In this document: piece after piece, positions 45,800-55,852 of the stretch
Layout of the letters: every line of letters begins with the position of its first letter
How positions within the stretch are numbered: position 1 is the first letter of the stretch
Assembly (NCBI GenBank): GCA_030427205.1
Contig: JAUHXC010000013.1
Coordinates: forward strand, 70,413-134,412
Length of the DNA stretch: 64,000 nt
Origin: a bacterium
GTDB taxonomy: Bacteria > Myxococcota_A > Bradymonadia > UBA7976 > UBA1532
Reading direction: 5' to 3'
Made by a program: the position numbers and the translations under genes
The notes under the pieces: generated by a model
What the model was told of the DNA's origin: nothing
The model's database searches: none
Seen by the model: only the letters and a program-made list of their open reading frames with translations

Positions 45800-46522
45800 A
45801 TGGATAGCATCTTCGTCAACCTGGTCGCGGTGGCCGAAGCCGCGCCCGACATGAGCATCTCGAGCCTGCTGGCCCAGGCCTCGCCGGTGGTCAAGGGGGT
45901 GCTGGTCCTGCTGGTGCTGATGTCGCTGGTGAGCTGGTACATCATCGCCTACAAGTACCTCTACCTGCGGCGGGCGGCGACCGAGTCGTCGCGTTTCCTC
46001 GACATCTTCTGGAAGAACAAGCGCCTCGACGAGATCTACCAGACCACCGGCGAGCTGAAGCACAGCCCGGTCAATCAGGTCTACCGGGCGGGCTACGTCG
46101 AGCTGACCAAGCTCAAGAACGACGCCAACGCCGGCGATACGATGCACGGCCAGCTCGGCAACCTCGAGAATATCGAGCGCGCCCTGCGCCGCGCGCGCAC
46201 CGCCGAGGCGGTGCACCTCGAGTCGATGACCGGCTTCCTGGCGACCACCGCCTCGGCGGCGCCCTTCGTCGGCCTCTTCGGCACCGTATGGGGCATCATG
46301 GTCGCCTTCATCGACATCGCCAAGAAGGGCGACGCGACGCTGATCACGGTGGCGCCCGGCATCGCCGAGGCGCTCATCGCCACCGCCCTCGGGCTGGTCG
46401 CCGCGATCCCCGCGGTGGTGTTCTACAACTTCTTTCACAACAAGATGCGGGTGCTCGAAGCCGACATGGAGAACTTCGAGGCCGACTTCCTCAACATCGT
46501 CAAGCGCCACTTCTTCAAGTAG
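45800..46522 (+). CDS. tolQ: TolQ (MotA/TolQ/ExbB proton-channel protein)
   Basis: Three TM helices and the conserved C-terminal region ...TVAPGIAEALIATALGLVAAIPAVVFYN... Confidence 0.9.
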   Translation: MDSIFVNLVAVAEAAPDMSISSLLAQASPVVKGVLVLLVLMSLVSWYIIAYKYLYLRRAATESSRFLDIFWKNKRLDEIYQTTGELKHSPVNQVYRAGYVELTKLKNDANAGDTMHGQLGNLENIERALRRARTAEAVHLESMTGFLATTASAAPFVGLFGTVWGIMVAFIDIAKKGDATLITVAPGIAEALIATALGLVAAIPAVVFYNFFHNKMRVLEADMENFEADFLNIVKRHFFK

Positions 46523-46546
46523 GCCGCAGGGGAGGGGAGGTCAGCC

Positions 46547-47044
46547 ATGGGCATGAGCACAGGCGGTCGCGGCCGACTCAGCGACATCAACGTCACCCCG
46601 CTCGTCGACGTCATGCTGGTGCTGCTGGTGGTCTTCATGATCACCACCCCGATGATCGTCGAGGAGATGCAGCAGCGGCAGGTGGACGTCGACCTGCCGA
46701 GCACGACCAGTGAGAAGCCGGTCAAGCCCAGCGAGCTGAAGACCATCATCGTGCTCAAGGGCGACTTCACCGTCGGCCTCGACACCGGCCAGGAAGAAGG
46801 CGGGGTCAGCACGTTGGCCGATTGCACCGAGGCCGCGGCCAGCGGCACCTTCGGCGGCTGCCTCGACGGCATGGACGAGAAGCTCAAGGCCAACCCCAAG
46901 CTCAAGGACGCCGGCCGCATCTTCCTCATGGCCGACCGCAAGCTGCCCTACGGCTTCGTCGTCGACGTGATGGCCCGCCTGCGCAACGCCGGGCTGGTCA
47001 ACCTGGGCATGGTCACCAACCCGCCCGACGGGTCGTCCGGATGA
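46547..47044 (+). CDS. tolR: TolR (ExbD/TolR family)
   Basis: INVTPLVDVMLVLLVVFM N-terminal TM segment with the conserved Asp. Confidence 0.85.
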   Translation: MGMSTGGRGRLSDINVTPLVDVMLVLLVVFMITTPMIVEEMQQRQVDVDLPSTTSEKPVKPSELKTIIVLKGDFTVGLDTGQEEGGVSTLADCTEAAASGTFGGCLDGMDEKLKANPKLKDAGRIFLMADRKLPYGFVVDVMARLRNAGLVNLGMVTNPPDGSSG

Positions 47045-47889
47045 CCGGCGTCGCCCGCGATACCGGCCTCAAGACCGTCTCGACGGTCATCGCCGGGCTG
47101 GTCAACGGCCTGATCTTCACGGGCATGGCCATGGCCGGGTTGAGCCACGAGGAGCCGCCACCCGAGCTCGAGCCCCTGTCGTTCGTCGAGGTCACCCTCA
47201 TCCCCAAGCTGGGGACCAAGCCGCCCGACCCCAAGGCCCTGCCGCGCATCGTCGAGCCGGCCCCACCGCCGCCGCCCACCGACGAGGAGATCTCGCTCAG
47301 CCGCGAGAAAGAAGAAGAGCTGGAGCGCGAGCGGGAGCGCAAGAAGGAAGAGGAGCGCATCGAGGCGGAGCGCAAGCGGCAGGAAGAAGAGGCCCGCAAG
47401 AAGAAAGAGCGCGAGGACGAACGCCGCCGCGAGGAGGACGAGCGTCGGCGCAAGAAGGCCATGGAGCAGGCGCTCAATCGGGCCACCGACCCCCGCGCCG
47501 ACGACGAGGACGCCCCCGGCTTCGAAGAGGGCAGCGCGGTCGGCAACTCGCTCGACCCCAACTCGATCCGCAACAAGCAGCTCTACATCGCCCAGCTCAT
47601 GGTGGCCCTCAAGAGCCAGTTCGAGGTGCCCAGCGTCATCCCCGACGACGTGCGCAAGCGCCTCAAGGCCACCGTCTCGTTCAAGATCAACGCCCAGGGC
47701 AAAGTCGTCGGCGAGCCGCGCCTGCTTCAAAGCAGCGGGAACAAGTTCTTCGACGCAGCCGCTTTGAGCACCGTACGCAAGTTCGGCCCCGGCTCGGCGC
47801 TGCGCATCCCGCTGCCCACCGACGAGAAGCTGCGCAAGGAGGTCCTGCGCGTCGGCCTCAAGCCGATCATGCACGGCAAGGAACTTTGA
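47041..47889 (+). CDS. TolA-like (or TonB-like) energy transducer with a Glu/Arg/Lys-rich helical linker
   Basis: ATGA overlap with tolR. TM anchor, a proline-rich segment, an EERKRQEEEARKKKERE linker, and a C-terminal TolA/TonB-like domain. Located upstream of tolB. Confidence 0.6.
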   Translation: MTGVARDTGLKTVSTVIAGLVNGLIFTGMAMAGLSHEEPPPELEPLSFVEVTLIPKLGTKPPDPKALPRIVEPAPPPPPTDEEISLSREKEEELERERERKKEEERIEAERKRQEEEARKKKEREDERRREEDERRRKKAMEQALNRATDPRADDEDAPGFEEGSAVGNSLDPNSIRNKQLYIAQLMVALKSQFEVPSVIPDDVRKRLKATVSFKINAQGKVVGEPRLLQSSGNKFFDAAALSTVRKFGPGSALRIPLPTDEKLRKEVLRVGLKPIMHGKEL

Positions 47890-47930
47890 GCGCGCGCGAG
47901 CCCGGCGCGAGCCCCTTCGAATCCCACGTG

Positions 47931-49253
47931 ATGGAGATCCTCATGCGACGCACTCTGATCCCGGCGCTGCTGCTGCTCTTCGCGGCGCCGGCATTCGCCC
48001 AGGGCACCGGGGAAGGCCTCGAGTTCGACGTCACCGGCGGCGCGCTGGTGAAGTTCAACCTCGCCGTACCCGACGCCCTCAACCTCGGAGGACCGGCCGA
48101 TACCCGCGGCGTGACCGAGGCCCTCTCGGGCACCATCAGCCGCGACCTGCGCATCGCCGGCTACTTCAACCTCATCGACAAGAAGGCCTTCCTCGCCGAT
48201 CCGGCCAAGGAGGGCATGGAGCCCAACTACATCGACTGGCTCAACATCGGCACCCAGGGGCTGGTCAAGTCGGGCTATCGCATCCAGGGCGACGAGGTGG
48301 TCGTCGACCTGCGGCTGTACAGCGTCGACGGGCAGCGGCGCATCACCCTTGCCGCGCCCTACGACAAGGCGGCGACCCTGCCGCTCGACGCGGGCAAGAT
48401 CCGCTACCACGCCCACGGCTTCGTCAACGAGGTGATCCGCTACTTCACCAAGAGCCCCGGGTTCTTCAATACCCGGCTCGTCGCCGTGCGCCAGAACGGC
48501 CGGGCCAAGGAGCTGATCATGATCAGCCCCGACGGCCTCGACGAGGCCACGCTGACGAGCACCGGCGGCATCAACATGCTGCCCAGCCTCGGCGGCGGGC
48601 GGATCTACTTCACCAGCTTCCGCAACGGCGGCCCGCACCTCTTCGTGCTGTCCGGCGGCAAGGCCAAGCCCTTCGCCTCGTTCAAGGGCCTCAATACCGG
48701 CGCCGCGCTCAGCCCCGACGGGCGCTCGGTGGCGGTGACCCTCTCGAAGGACGGCAACCCCGAGATCTACCTGCTCGACCCAAACAGCGGCGCGATTCAG
48801 CGGCGGCTGACCGACTCGTGGGGCATCGACACCAGCCCCTCGTGGTCGCCCGACGGCCGGCGCATCGCCTTCGTCAGCGACCGCCACGGCTCGCCCCAGG
48901 TGTGGGTGATGAACGCGGACGGCAGCGGCCAGAAGCGGTTGACCTTCCAGGGGGACTACAACCAGACCCCCGACTGGAGCCCGCGCGGCGACCGCATCGC
49001 CTTCACCGCCCGTGACGAGCGCAATGTCTTCGACATCTTCACGATCACCCTGGCTGACGGCGCGGTCACCCGGCTGACGCAGAACCAGGGCAACAACGAA
49101 GAGCCGACGTGGTCGCCCGACGGGCGTTACGTCGCGTTCACCAGCACCCGCACCGGCAGCTCGCAGCTGTGGATCATGACCGCCGACGGGCGGGTCCAGA
49201 ACCGCGTGAGCACCGGCAAGGGCGGCTATATCACCCCGTACTGGGGCCGCTGA
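47931..49253 (+). CDS. tolB: TolB (periplasmic beta-propeller)
   Basis: Signal peptide, followed by an N-terminal TolB domain and repeated 'SPDG..IAF.S.R.G' propeller blades. Confidence 0.9.
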   Translation: MEILMRRTLIPALLLLFAAPAFAQGTGEGLEFDVTGGALVKFNLAVPDALNLGGPADTRGVTEALSGTISRDLRIAGYFNLIDKKAFLADPAKEGMEPNYIDWLNIGTQGLVKSGYRIQGDEVVVDLRLYSVDGQRRITLAAPYDKAATLPLDAGKIRYHAHGFVNEVIRYFTKSPGFFNTRLVAVRQNGRAKELIMISPDGLDEATLTSTGGINMLPSLGGGRIYFTSFRNGGPHLFVLSGGKAKPFASFKGLNTGAALSPDGRSVAVTLSKDGNPEIYLLDPNSGAIQRRLTDSWGIDTSPSWSPDGRRIAFVSDRHGSPQVWVMNADGSGQKRLTFQGDYNQTPDWSPRGDRIAFTARDERNVFDIFTITLADGAVTRLTQNQGNNEEPTWSPDGRYVAFTSTRTGSSQLWIMTADGRVQNRVSTGKGGYITPYWGR

Positions 49254-49261
49254 GAGGAGCC

Positions 49262-49972
49262 ATGACGATGTTTCGATTGCGAACGCTCGTGATCTGTTTC
49301 TTGTTCGGCGGCCTGCTCACCGGCTGCCCCAACCGCCCCGTCGAGACGCTCTCGGCGGCCGAAGGCGCGCTGGCCGACGCCGAGCTGGCCCGCAAGTGCG
49401 CGCCCGACGAGTTCGCCGCCGCCGAGCGGATGTACGCCAAGGCGCAGAAGCTGGCCGACGAAGAGAAGTACGACGAGGCCGAGACCGCGGCGCTCGCCGC
49501 CAAGAAGCTGGCCGTCAAGGCCCAGCAGAAGGCGCTGGCCCGCAAGGACGACTGCGAGGCGCCCAAGGTCGACCCCAACAACGACGTCAGCGAGTTCGTC
49601 GACAACTCGGGCGACAAGGGCCTGGGCGACGGCGACAGCGGCGGTATGAAGACGGTCTACTTCGACTACAACGCCCACGAGCTGACCGAGCAGGCCCAGG
49701 GCACCCTCGCGGCCAACGCCGCCTGGATGAAGGCCAACCCCACCGCGCGGGTGGTCATCGAGGGCCACTGCGACAACCGGGGCAGCACCGAATACAACCT
49801 GGCCCTCGGCGAGAAGCGGGCCCGGGTGGTGCGCAAGTACCTGTCCAACTGGGGCATCGACAGCGGCCGGCTGAGCATCGTCAGCTACGGCGAAGAGCAG
49901 CCGCTCGCCGGCGGTGAGGACGAAGGCGCCCACGCCCGCAACCGACGGGCCGAGTTCCGCGTCAAGCGCTGA
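49262..49972 (+). CDS. pal: peptidoglycan-associated lipoprotein Pal (OmpA-like domain)
   Basis: Lipobox LLTGC and the OmpA-C motif ...VVIEGHCDNRGSTEYNLALGEKRA... Confidence 0.9.
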   Translation: MTMFRLRTLVICFLFGGLLTGCPNRPVETLSAAEGALADAELARKCAPDEFAAAERMYAKAQKLADEEKYDEAETAALAAKKLAVKAQQKALARKDDCEAPKVDPNNDVSEFVDNSGDKGLGDGDSGGMKTVYFDYNAHELTEQAQGTLAANAAWMKANPTARVVIEGHCDNRGSTEYNLALGEKRARVVRKYLSNWGIDSGRLSIVSYGEEQPLAGGEDEGAHARNRRAEFRVKR

Positions 49973-50057
49973 GGCCCGGCCCGCGCGCCATGCCCGCCAG
50001 GGCTCGCCTTCGCCCCGCAGCGGCCGGCTCCTCGGCCGCGGCACCATCGGCCCTTCG

Positions 50058-51254
50058 TCAGAACCAGAACGCGCCTTGCAGCCCCACCCCGGCGCCCCCA
50101 GGGGCGATCGTCGGGGTGAGCACGGGCTGATTCGGCGCCTGCGGGTCGTCGAGCAGCCACAGCGCCGCGCCGAGGGCCGCGGCGACGCCGGCCGACGCGC
50201 CCAGGATCAGCGAATACTGAGTCCACGCATCGCGCTCGTCGACCCAGTTGTTGTACTGGTCGACCTCGCTCGCGTTCAGCCCCGAAGCCTGCCAGCGATC
50301 GGCCAGCGCCTGGGCGTCCTGCTCGGTCTGATACGCCAGGATGCCGGTGATGGTGCCGGTCGCGGCCAGCGCGCCCGCCAGCCCGAACGTGGCCCAGGCC
50401 GCGACCCGCTGCGGGGTCTCCTCGAGCTCGGCGGCGACCCGCGACTCGCCCTCGGCCTCCACCTGCACCATGTTGACGAACGGCTTGCGCCCCGAGGCGA
50501 GCACCACGACCCGATGCATGCCCGGTGACAGGGTCTGGGCTGCGATCGGCGCCAGGCCCAGCGAGCGGCCGTCGATCAGCACCTCGGCGTCTTCCTCCGT
50601 CGTCACGACCAGCCGGCCCGGCAGAGGCACCAGCGCCACGTTGATCGGCAACCCGGTGCCGCCGATGGCGACCACCTCCCGTATCTGCGGGGCGTGGCCC
50701 GGCGCCTCGACGGTGATCTGCACCGGCCCGGGCGGCATCTCGAACGCGGCCGGCACCTCCTGCGCCGGCTGGTCGCCGATGCGCACCGTCGCGCCCGGCG
50801 CGTCGGCCGAGACGATCACCCGGGCGACCGACTCGTCCCGCTTGCGGCTCAGCCGGCTGAGCTGCGGGTTGAGCGACGAGAGGTGACGCACCGCCAGCTC
50901 GCTCTGCTGCGGGTCGGCGTCGTCCCGTTCGAGGTACTGCCGGTAGTACTCGACGGCGTCTTCGATGCGCTCGAACTTGCCGTCGACGAAGTATTGCAGC
51001 CGGTTGGACTGAGCCAGCGCGAAGACGATCGAGGCTCGCGGGGCCAGTTCGAAGGCCGCCTCGAACGACGTGATCGCCACCTCGTAGCGGGCTTCGCTGT
51101 AGGCCTTGCTGCCGGTGATGAACAGGGAGCGGGCCCGCTCGAGCTGCTCGGCGGTGGGGCCGGTCGGGGCTTCGGTGGCCGTCGGCGCGGCGACGGAGAC
51201 CGTCAGCGGTGCCAGGGAGAGCGCGGGCAGGAGGGCGAGGGTGCAGCGACGCAT
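50058..51254 (-). CDS. secreted TPR + PEGA-domain protein with a C-terminal TM anchor
   Basis: ATG at 51254 with a GGAGG RBS. Signal peptide MRRCTLALLPALSLAPL. TPR-like helices and a PEGA-like beta region. The 200-aa Arg-rich N-extension is rejected. Confidence 0.6.
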   Translation of the reverse strand: MRRCTLALLPALSLAPLTVSVAAPTATEAPTGPTAEQLERARSLFITGSKAYSEARYEVAITSFEAAFELAPRASIVFALAQSNRLQYFVDGKFERIEDAVEYYRQYLERDDADPQQSELAVRHLSSLNPQLSRLSRKRDESVARVIVSADAPGATVRIGDQPAQEVPAAFEMPPGPVQITVEAPGHAPQIREVVAIGGTGLPINVALVPLPGRLVVTTEEDAEVLIDGRSLGLAPIAAQTLSPGMHRVVVLASGRKPFVNMVQVEAEGESRVAAELEETPQRVAAWATFGLAGALAATGTITGILAYQTEQDAQALADRWQASGLNASEVDQYNNWVDERDAWTQYSLILGASAGVAAALGAALWLLDDPQAPNQPVLTPTIAPGGAGVGLQGAFWF

Positions 51255-53944
51255 CACGGCGCCTCCGGTGCTTCGATGGTGCGGGTGCATTCGCCCTCGG
51301 CGGCTTCGAAGGCGGTGCACGGCGTCTGCAGTATCACCGCGCTCTGGCGCGGCCCGCTGAGCAGCAGATCGTCCACGCCGTCGAGGTTGGCGTCGAAGGC
51401 CAGCAGCGCTTCGACGTCGCTGTAGTCGAGGCGCGGCGTGGGCAGGCGCTCGGGCGCGGCGAAGTCGCCCAGCTCGACGTCGTAGCCGAGCAGGTACAGG
51501 CCATCGTCGTAAACCAGGATCAGCTCGACCCCCGGCCGGCTGTGGGTATCGAGCGCGGTGAACGCCCCGCGGAAGGTCGACTGGCTGCCGTCGTTCCGGG
51601 CGGCGCCCCGACGCACGATCGTCGTCGGCGACGTCTCGAACATGCCGTCGTCGGTGCCGTAGTAGATGGCCAGGCCCCCCTCGATGATGTCGTCGTCGCC
51701 CGGCTCGCGGCTCGCGCCGTGGCCGATGATCAGATCGGGCGCCCCGTCGCCGTTGATGTCGGCCACCTCGAGGTGGTCGGGGCTCGAGCGCAGCGGGCTG
51801 TTCTCGAGCACGCTGCACGTCAGCGAATCGTCCCCATCGAACACCAGGATGCGAGGGGTCCACGGCGTGCTCTCCATCATCGCCGCCATATCGGGGCCGG
51901 CGGTCTGCACCGTGACGATCCGATCGTAGCCGCCGTCGGGGTCGGCGAATGTGGCGCGCAGGGTCGGGCCGCCCATTGGGTTCACGCAGTCACCCTCGGT
52001 CTCGAGCGCCGGGGGGTCATCGTAGAGCGAGGCGGCGAGGGTCTCGACGCTCGCGACCCGGAAGAGCCGGCCCTCGTCGGCCTCTTCGATGGTCAGACCG
52101 ACGGCGGGCCGGGCGGGGTGGGACAGCACGAGCACCGCGTCGACCTCGGCGGGCAGGTCGAGCGGCGCCGACAGGCGGCGGGTGCCCGAGCCTTCGAGGT
52201 TGAGGCCGTAGACGCCGAGCTGGTCTTCGACGATGAGCAGGACATCGTCGATCGCGTCGTCCGAACCCTGGGCGCCGCGATAGGCGACCGCCTGCACGTT
52301 GCCCGCCAGCGAGACGACCTCGACCAGCTCGTCGGTCAGCCCCCGGCCGTCGTTGAAGCCGATCAGCAGCCGGCCGTCGACCAGCGCGAGCGCGTCGGGG
52401 AACAGATCGCCGTCGAAGTCGCCGAGGTACAGCTCGAGCTGCGCCGACTCGACGGTCATCTCCGACTGATTGAAGATGCCGTCCCCGTCGTTGAGCAGGG
52501 TCAGGACGCTGGGGCCGGTCGTCGCCACGAGGTCGACATAGCCGTCGCGGTTGAGGTCGGCCTGCTGCAGCTGCTGCCACTCGCGCGTCGGTCGATAGCG
52601 CTGCTCGTAGGTCAGCGGCTCGCCGATGCCGTCGCTGACCGCCTCGATGATGCCGCCCTCGGTGAGCAGGTCGGCGAAGCCGTCGTCGTTGACGTCGGCG
52701 ACGCCGAGCAGCCAGACCGGCGGCCCCATCTCCTGAGCGCCGGGCATCACCGGCCCGCCCATCATCGGCTGGTAGGTCACCGGCAGGGCGTATGCCGGCT
52801 CGAAGCCAGCGCCGTTGTTGAGGGCGACGCCGACGCCGATGCCTTCGCGGCCCTGGAGGCCGAACAGCAGATCGTCGATCTCGTCCCCGTCGACGTCGGC
52901 GATGAAGGTGCCCGCCTGGCCGAGTTGCCAGCCCGGCGGCGCGAGGACCCGGGTGATCTCTTCGAAGACGCATCGGACGCGTTCGGCGTTGGCGAACAGG
53001 TCGGGCAACCCCCCGAAATCGCAGACGAGGGAGAAGACCACCACGGCCTGCCCGCGATGGGGCGCGATCGCGAACTCCTCGATGCCGTCGGCCCCGAACA
53101 GGTCGGCGCTCGCCGTGCGCTCGGGCAGCTGATCGCCGGGGCTCTCGAGCTCGATCGCGTCGAGGAACTCGTTCTGGTTGGTCAGCAGGTAGGCGTAGAG
53201 CGCGTCGTCGTCCTCGACGAGTTCGAGCGCGACGATGTGCTCGCGGCGCAGCGGATCACCGAGCCCGACCGCCGTGAGCTTGTAGCGCTCGATGCCCTCG
53301 GCGAGGCCGAAGCTGGGCACCATGTACGGCACGACTGTCTGGTTGTTCTGGCCGCGGTACAGGTTGACCCGGCTGCCCGCGTGCACGATCAAATCGTCCT
53401 GGCCGTCCCGGTCGAGGTCGCCGATCACCGGCGCGTTGGGCGAGCTGTCGATGGGCGCCTGCAGGGTCACCTGGTACTGAGCCGTCGGGTTGCCGTAGGC
53501 GATGCTCAGCAGGGGCTCCTGCACCCCCGCGATGTCGATGAAGTGGTCGCCGTCGAAGTCGCCGATGGCGAGCGGCGTGGTGATGCCGGGGACCGGCCGG
53601 ATATCGGACAGCCGGCCCGACGGCGGCAAGCAGAAGCCCTCGGCTCCGCAGCCCCAGCCGGCGGGGCAGAGGGCCAGCTCTTCGCCCTCGCCGTCGTCGT
53701 CCTGACAGATGAAGCGGCAGCCGTTCTCTTCGGTGGGTGGCCCGCACAGCAGGCCGTCGGGCACCCCGCGGCCGGGCTCGCAGTCCTCGTTGTTGAAGGG
53801 CTCGAGCACACCGTTGCCGCAGGCGTTGTCCGCCTGGATCTCGGGCAGCTCGGCGCACCCGCTCGCGAGCACGGCCGCGAGCAGCGCCGCCGTCAGCCAG
53901 CCGAGCGGCCCGATGGCGATCTTCGTATGACTCATGCTTTTCAT
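51254..53944 (-). CDS. large lipoprotein with Cys-rich (EGF-like) N-terminus and FG-GAP/VCBS-type beta-propeller repeats
   Basis: Start at MKSMSHTK... with an AGAGG RBS. Lipobox LASGC. Multiple 'GDFDGDG..DL' FG-GAP motifs (GDFDGDHFIDI, GDLDRDGQDDL, ADVNDDGFADL, ADLNRDGYVDL, GDFDGDLFPDA, ADINGDGAPDL, FDANLDGVDDL). Confidence 0.75.
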   Translation of the reverse strand: MKSMSHTKIAIGPLGWLTAALLAAVLASGCAELPEIQADNACGNGVLEPFNNEDCEPGRGVPDGLLCGPPTEENGCRFICQDDDGEGEELALCPAGWGCGAEGFCLPPSGRLSDIRPVPGITTPLAIGDFDGDHFIDIAGVQEPLLSIAYGNPTAQYQVTLQAPIDSSPNAPVIGDLDRDGQDDLIVHAGSRVNLYRGQNNQTVVPYMVPSFGLAEGIERYKLTAVGLGDPLRREHIVALELVEDDDALYAYLLTNQNEFLDAIELESPGDQLPERTASADLFGADGIEEFAIAPHRGQAVVVFSLVCDFGGLPDLFANAERVRCVFEEITRVLAPPGWQLGQAGTFIADVDGDEIDDLLFGLQGREGIGVGVALNNGAGFEPAYALPVTYQPMMGGPVMPGAQEMGPPVWLLGVADVNDDGFADLLTEGGIIEAVSDGIGEPLTYEQRYRPTREWQQLQQADLNRDGYVDLVATTGPSVLTLLNDGDGIFNQSEMTVESAQLELYLGDFDGDLFPDALALVDGRLLIGFNDGRGLTDELVEVVSLAGNVQAVAYRGAQGSDDAIDDVLLIVEDQLGVYGLNLEGSGTRRLSAPLDLPAEVDAVLVLSHPARPAVGLTIEEADEGRLFRVASVETLAASLYDDPPALETEGDCVNPMGGPTLRATFADPDGGYDRIVTVQTAGPDMAAMMESTPWTPRILVFDGDDSLTCSVLENSPLRSSPDHLEVADINGDGAPDLIIGHGASREPGDDDIIEGGLAIYYGTDDGMFETSPTTIVRRGAARNDGSQSTFRGAFTALDTHSRPGVELILVYDDGLYLLGYDVELGDFAAPERLPTPRLDYSDVEALLAFDANLDGVDDLLLSGPRQSAVILQTPCTAFEAAEGECTRTIEAPEAP

Positions 53945-54007
53945 GCCTCTGATCGCGCAGTGGCGACCCCATGTCCGCAAGCGCCAAAGCTGCGTCGGGC
54001 CCACGGC

Positions 54008-55747
54008 TCAGAAGTCGGGCAGATCGTCGGCCTTGGGCTTCCGGGGCGGCGGCTTCGGCGTGGGGTTCGCCTTGGGTGGCGCCCGTCGGGTACGCCGCAC
54101 GGGCGCCTTGGGCGTGGGCTTGAGGGCGACCTGGACCACCATGTTGGCCTTGGGCACCACATCGAGGGCGTTGTCTTCGAAGCCCTCGGCCTCGAACGTC
54201 AGCGTGACCGTCTCGGTGCCCCGATCGAGCTCGACCGGGCCGTCTCCGGTGCGCAGGACGTCGCCGTCGGGCCCGAGGACCGACGCGCCGTCCGGCAGGC
54301 CGCTGAGCTGCACCTCGACCTTCGCCGGCAGCGACGCGTCCACCGGCGGCGCGACGTCCGGCGGGGCCGCGTCGGGCACGGCCGGCTCGGGGGCCGGCGG
54401 CGGCGGGGTCGTCACCACCGGGGCCTGCGCCGGTGGCGGCTGCTCTGGCGGCGGCGGATCGCCGCCCAGAACGAACCACGCGCCCGCGCCGGCCAGCGCC
54501 AGCAGCGCGACCGCGGCGAGCGCGATGCCCGTGCGGGCGCCGCCTCCGTCCACCGGCAGGTTCGAGATGGTCGGCTGTGGGCCGGTCGGCAGGGGCAGCG
54601 CTTCGGGCCGCTTGCCCAGCGCGGCGAGCCGGTCGACGAAGGCCATGCACGAGGGCGGTCGCTCGTCGGGCGCCTTGGCCAGCGCCCAGCCGAGCACCTG
54701 CTCGAGGCCGCGGGGCAGGCTGTCGACCAGCGACAGCGGATCGGGCGGCGGCTCGTTGACGTGGGCCGTCATGATCGAGAACGCCGAGTCGGCCGCGAAG
54801 GGCAGCTGCCCGGTGAGCATGTGGAAGGCCACCACGCCGAAGGCGTAGATGTCGGCCCGGTGATCGACGTTCTTGCCGATGACCTGCTCGGGCGCCATGT
54901 AGGCCGGCGTACCCACCGACGCGCCGGTGGCCGTCTTGTGGTCGACGTTGGAGTCGGGGGCCATGAGCTTGGCCACGCCGAAGTCGAGCAGCTTGGCCCG
55001 CCAGCCGCCGTCCCGCGGGGTCAGGAAGATGTTGTCCGGCTTGAAGTCGCGGTGGGCGACCCCCGATCCGTGGGCCGCGTCGAGGGCGCCGGCCACCTGC
55101 CGCAGCACATCGACCGTCTCGTCGAGGTCGAGGCGCCCGCGGCTCTGGATCAGCTCGCGCAGGCTCTGCCCCTCGAGCAGCTCCATGACGTAGTACTGCC
55201 GCCCGTCGGGCAGGCTGCCGAAGGCGAAGATGTCGATGATGCCGTCGTGGCCGATCTGATTGACCGCCCGCGCTTCGGCCACGAATCGCGAGACGATGTC
55301 GGGGTCGGACGAGTAGCGCACGTGCAGCACCTTGATCGCCACCGCCTTGCCGATGACCGGGTGCACGCCGGCGAAGACCTTGCCGAAGCCGCCCTCGCCG
55401 ATCAGCCGCTCGACGACGTACTCGCCCGCCCGATCACCCGGCGCCAGGTCGCCCGTGGGCCCGCTCGGGTTGCCGAAGCCGCCCGAGTGGCCGACCCCCG
55501 AGGTGGGGGCGACGGTCTCGGCGGAGACCAGCGACGACAGCGCGTCGCCCGAGCGCGGGCCGCCCGGCGTCGATGCGCCGGGCACCGCGAAGTGTCCGCT
55601 CGACGGGGCCATGGTATCGGCGCTGGACAAGGCGTCGTGATGCCCGCTGCTGGGCACCATGGTCTCCTCGGTGCCGAACGACGCGCCGTGCGCCGGGCGC
55701 TGGGCGCCGGCCGAGCCGTCGGGATCGCGGTCGGGATCGTGAGCCAT
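54008..55747 (-). CDS. Ser/Thr protein kinase with a single TM helix and an extracytoplasmic PEGA-like C-terminal domain
   Basis: Kinase motifs (GEGGFGKVF, AIKVL, HRDFKPDN, DFG, APE). TM helix IALAAVALLALAGAGAWFV. A Pro-rich linker. The N-terminus has imperfect tandem repeats (T[MV][AV]PSSGH). Confidence 0.85.
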   Translation of the reverse strand: MAHDPDRDPDGSAGAQRPAHGASFGTEETMVPSSGHHDALSSADTMAPSSGHFAVPGASTPGGPRSGDALSSLVSAETVAPTSGVGHSGGFGNPSGPTGDLAPGDRAGEYVVERLIGEGGFGKVFAGVHPVIGKAVAIKVLHVRYSSDPDIVSRFVAEARAVNQIGHDGIIDIFAFGSLPDGRQYYVMELLEGQSLRELIQSRGRLDLDETVDVLRQVAGALDAAHGSGVAHRDFKPDNIFLTPRDGGWRAKLLDFGVAKLMAPDSNVDHKTATGASVGTPAYMAPEQVIGKNVDHRADIYAFGVVAFHMLTGQLPFAADSAFSIMTAHVNEPPPDPLSLVDSLPRGLEQVLGWALAKAPDERPPSCMAFVDRLAALGKRPEALPLPTGPQPTISNLPVDGGGARTGIALAAVALLALAGAGAWFVLGGDPPPPEQPPPAQAPVVTTPPPPAPEPAVPDAAPPDVAPPVDASLPAKVEVQLSGLPDGASVLGPDGDVLRTGDGPVELDRGTETVTLTFEAEGFEDNALDVVPKANMVVQVALKPTPKAPVRRTRRAPPKANPTPKPPPRKPKADDLPDF

Positions 55748-55852
55748 GGTCTCCGTATCTCGCCAGCGGCGGCAGGTGGACGATGGGATTATGTTCACCG
55801 CCGGGGCCCCGGCGCAACATGGGCGGGCGTCGGGACACGCCGCGGAGCGGGA

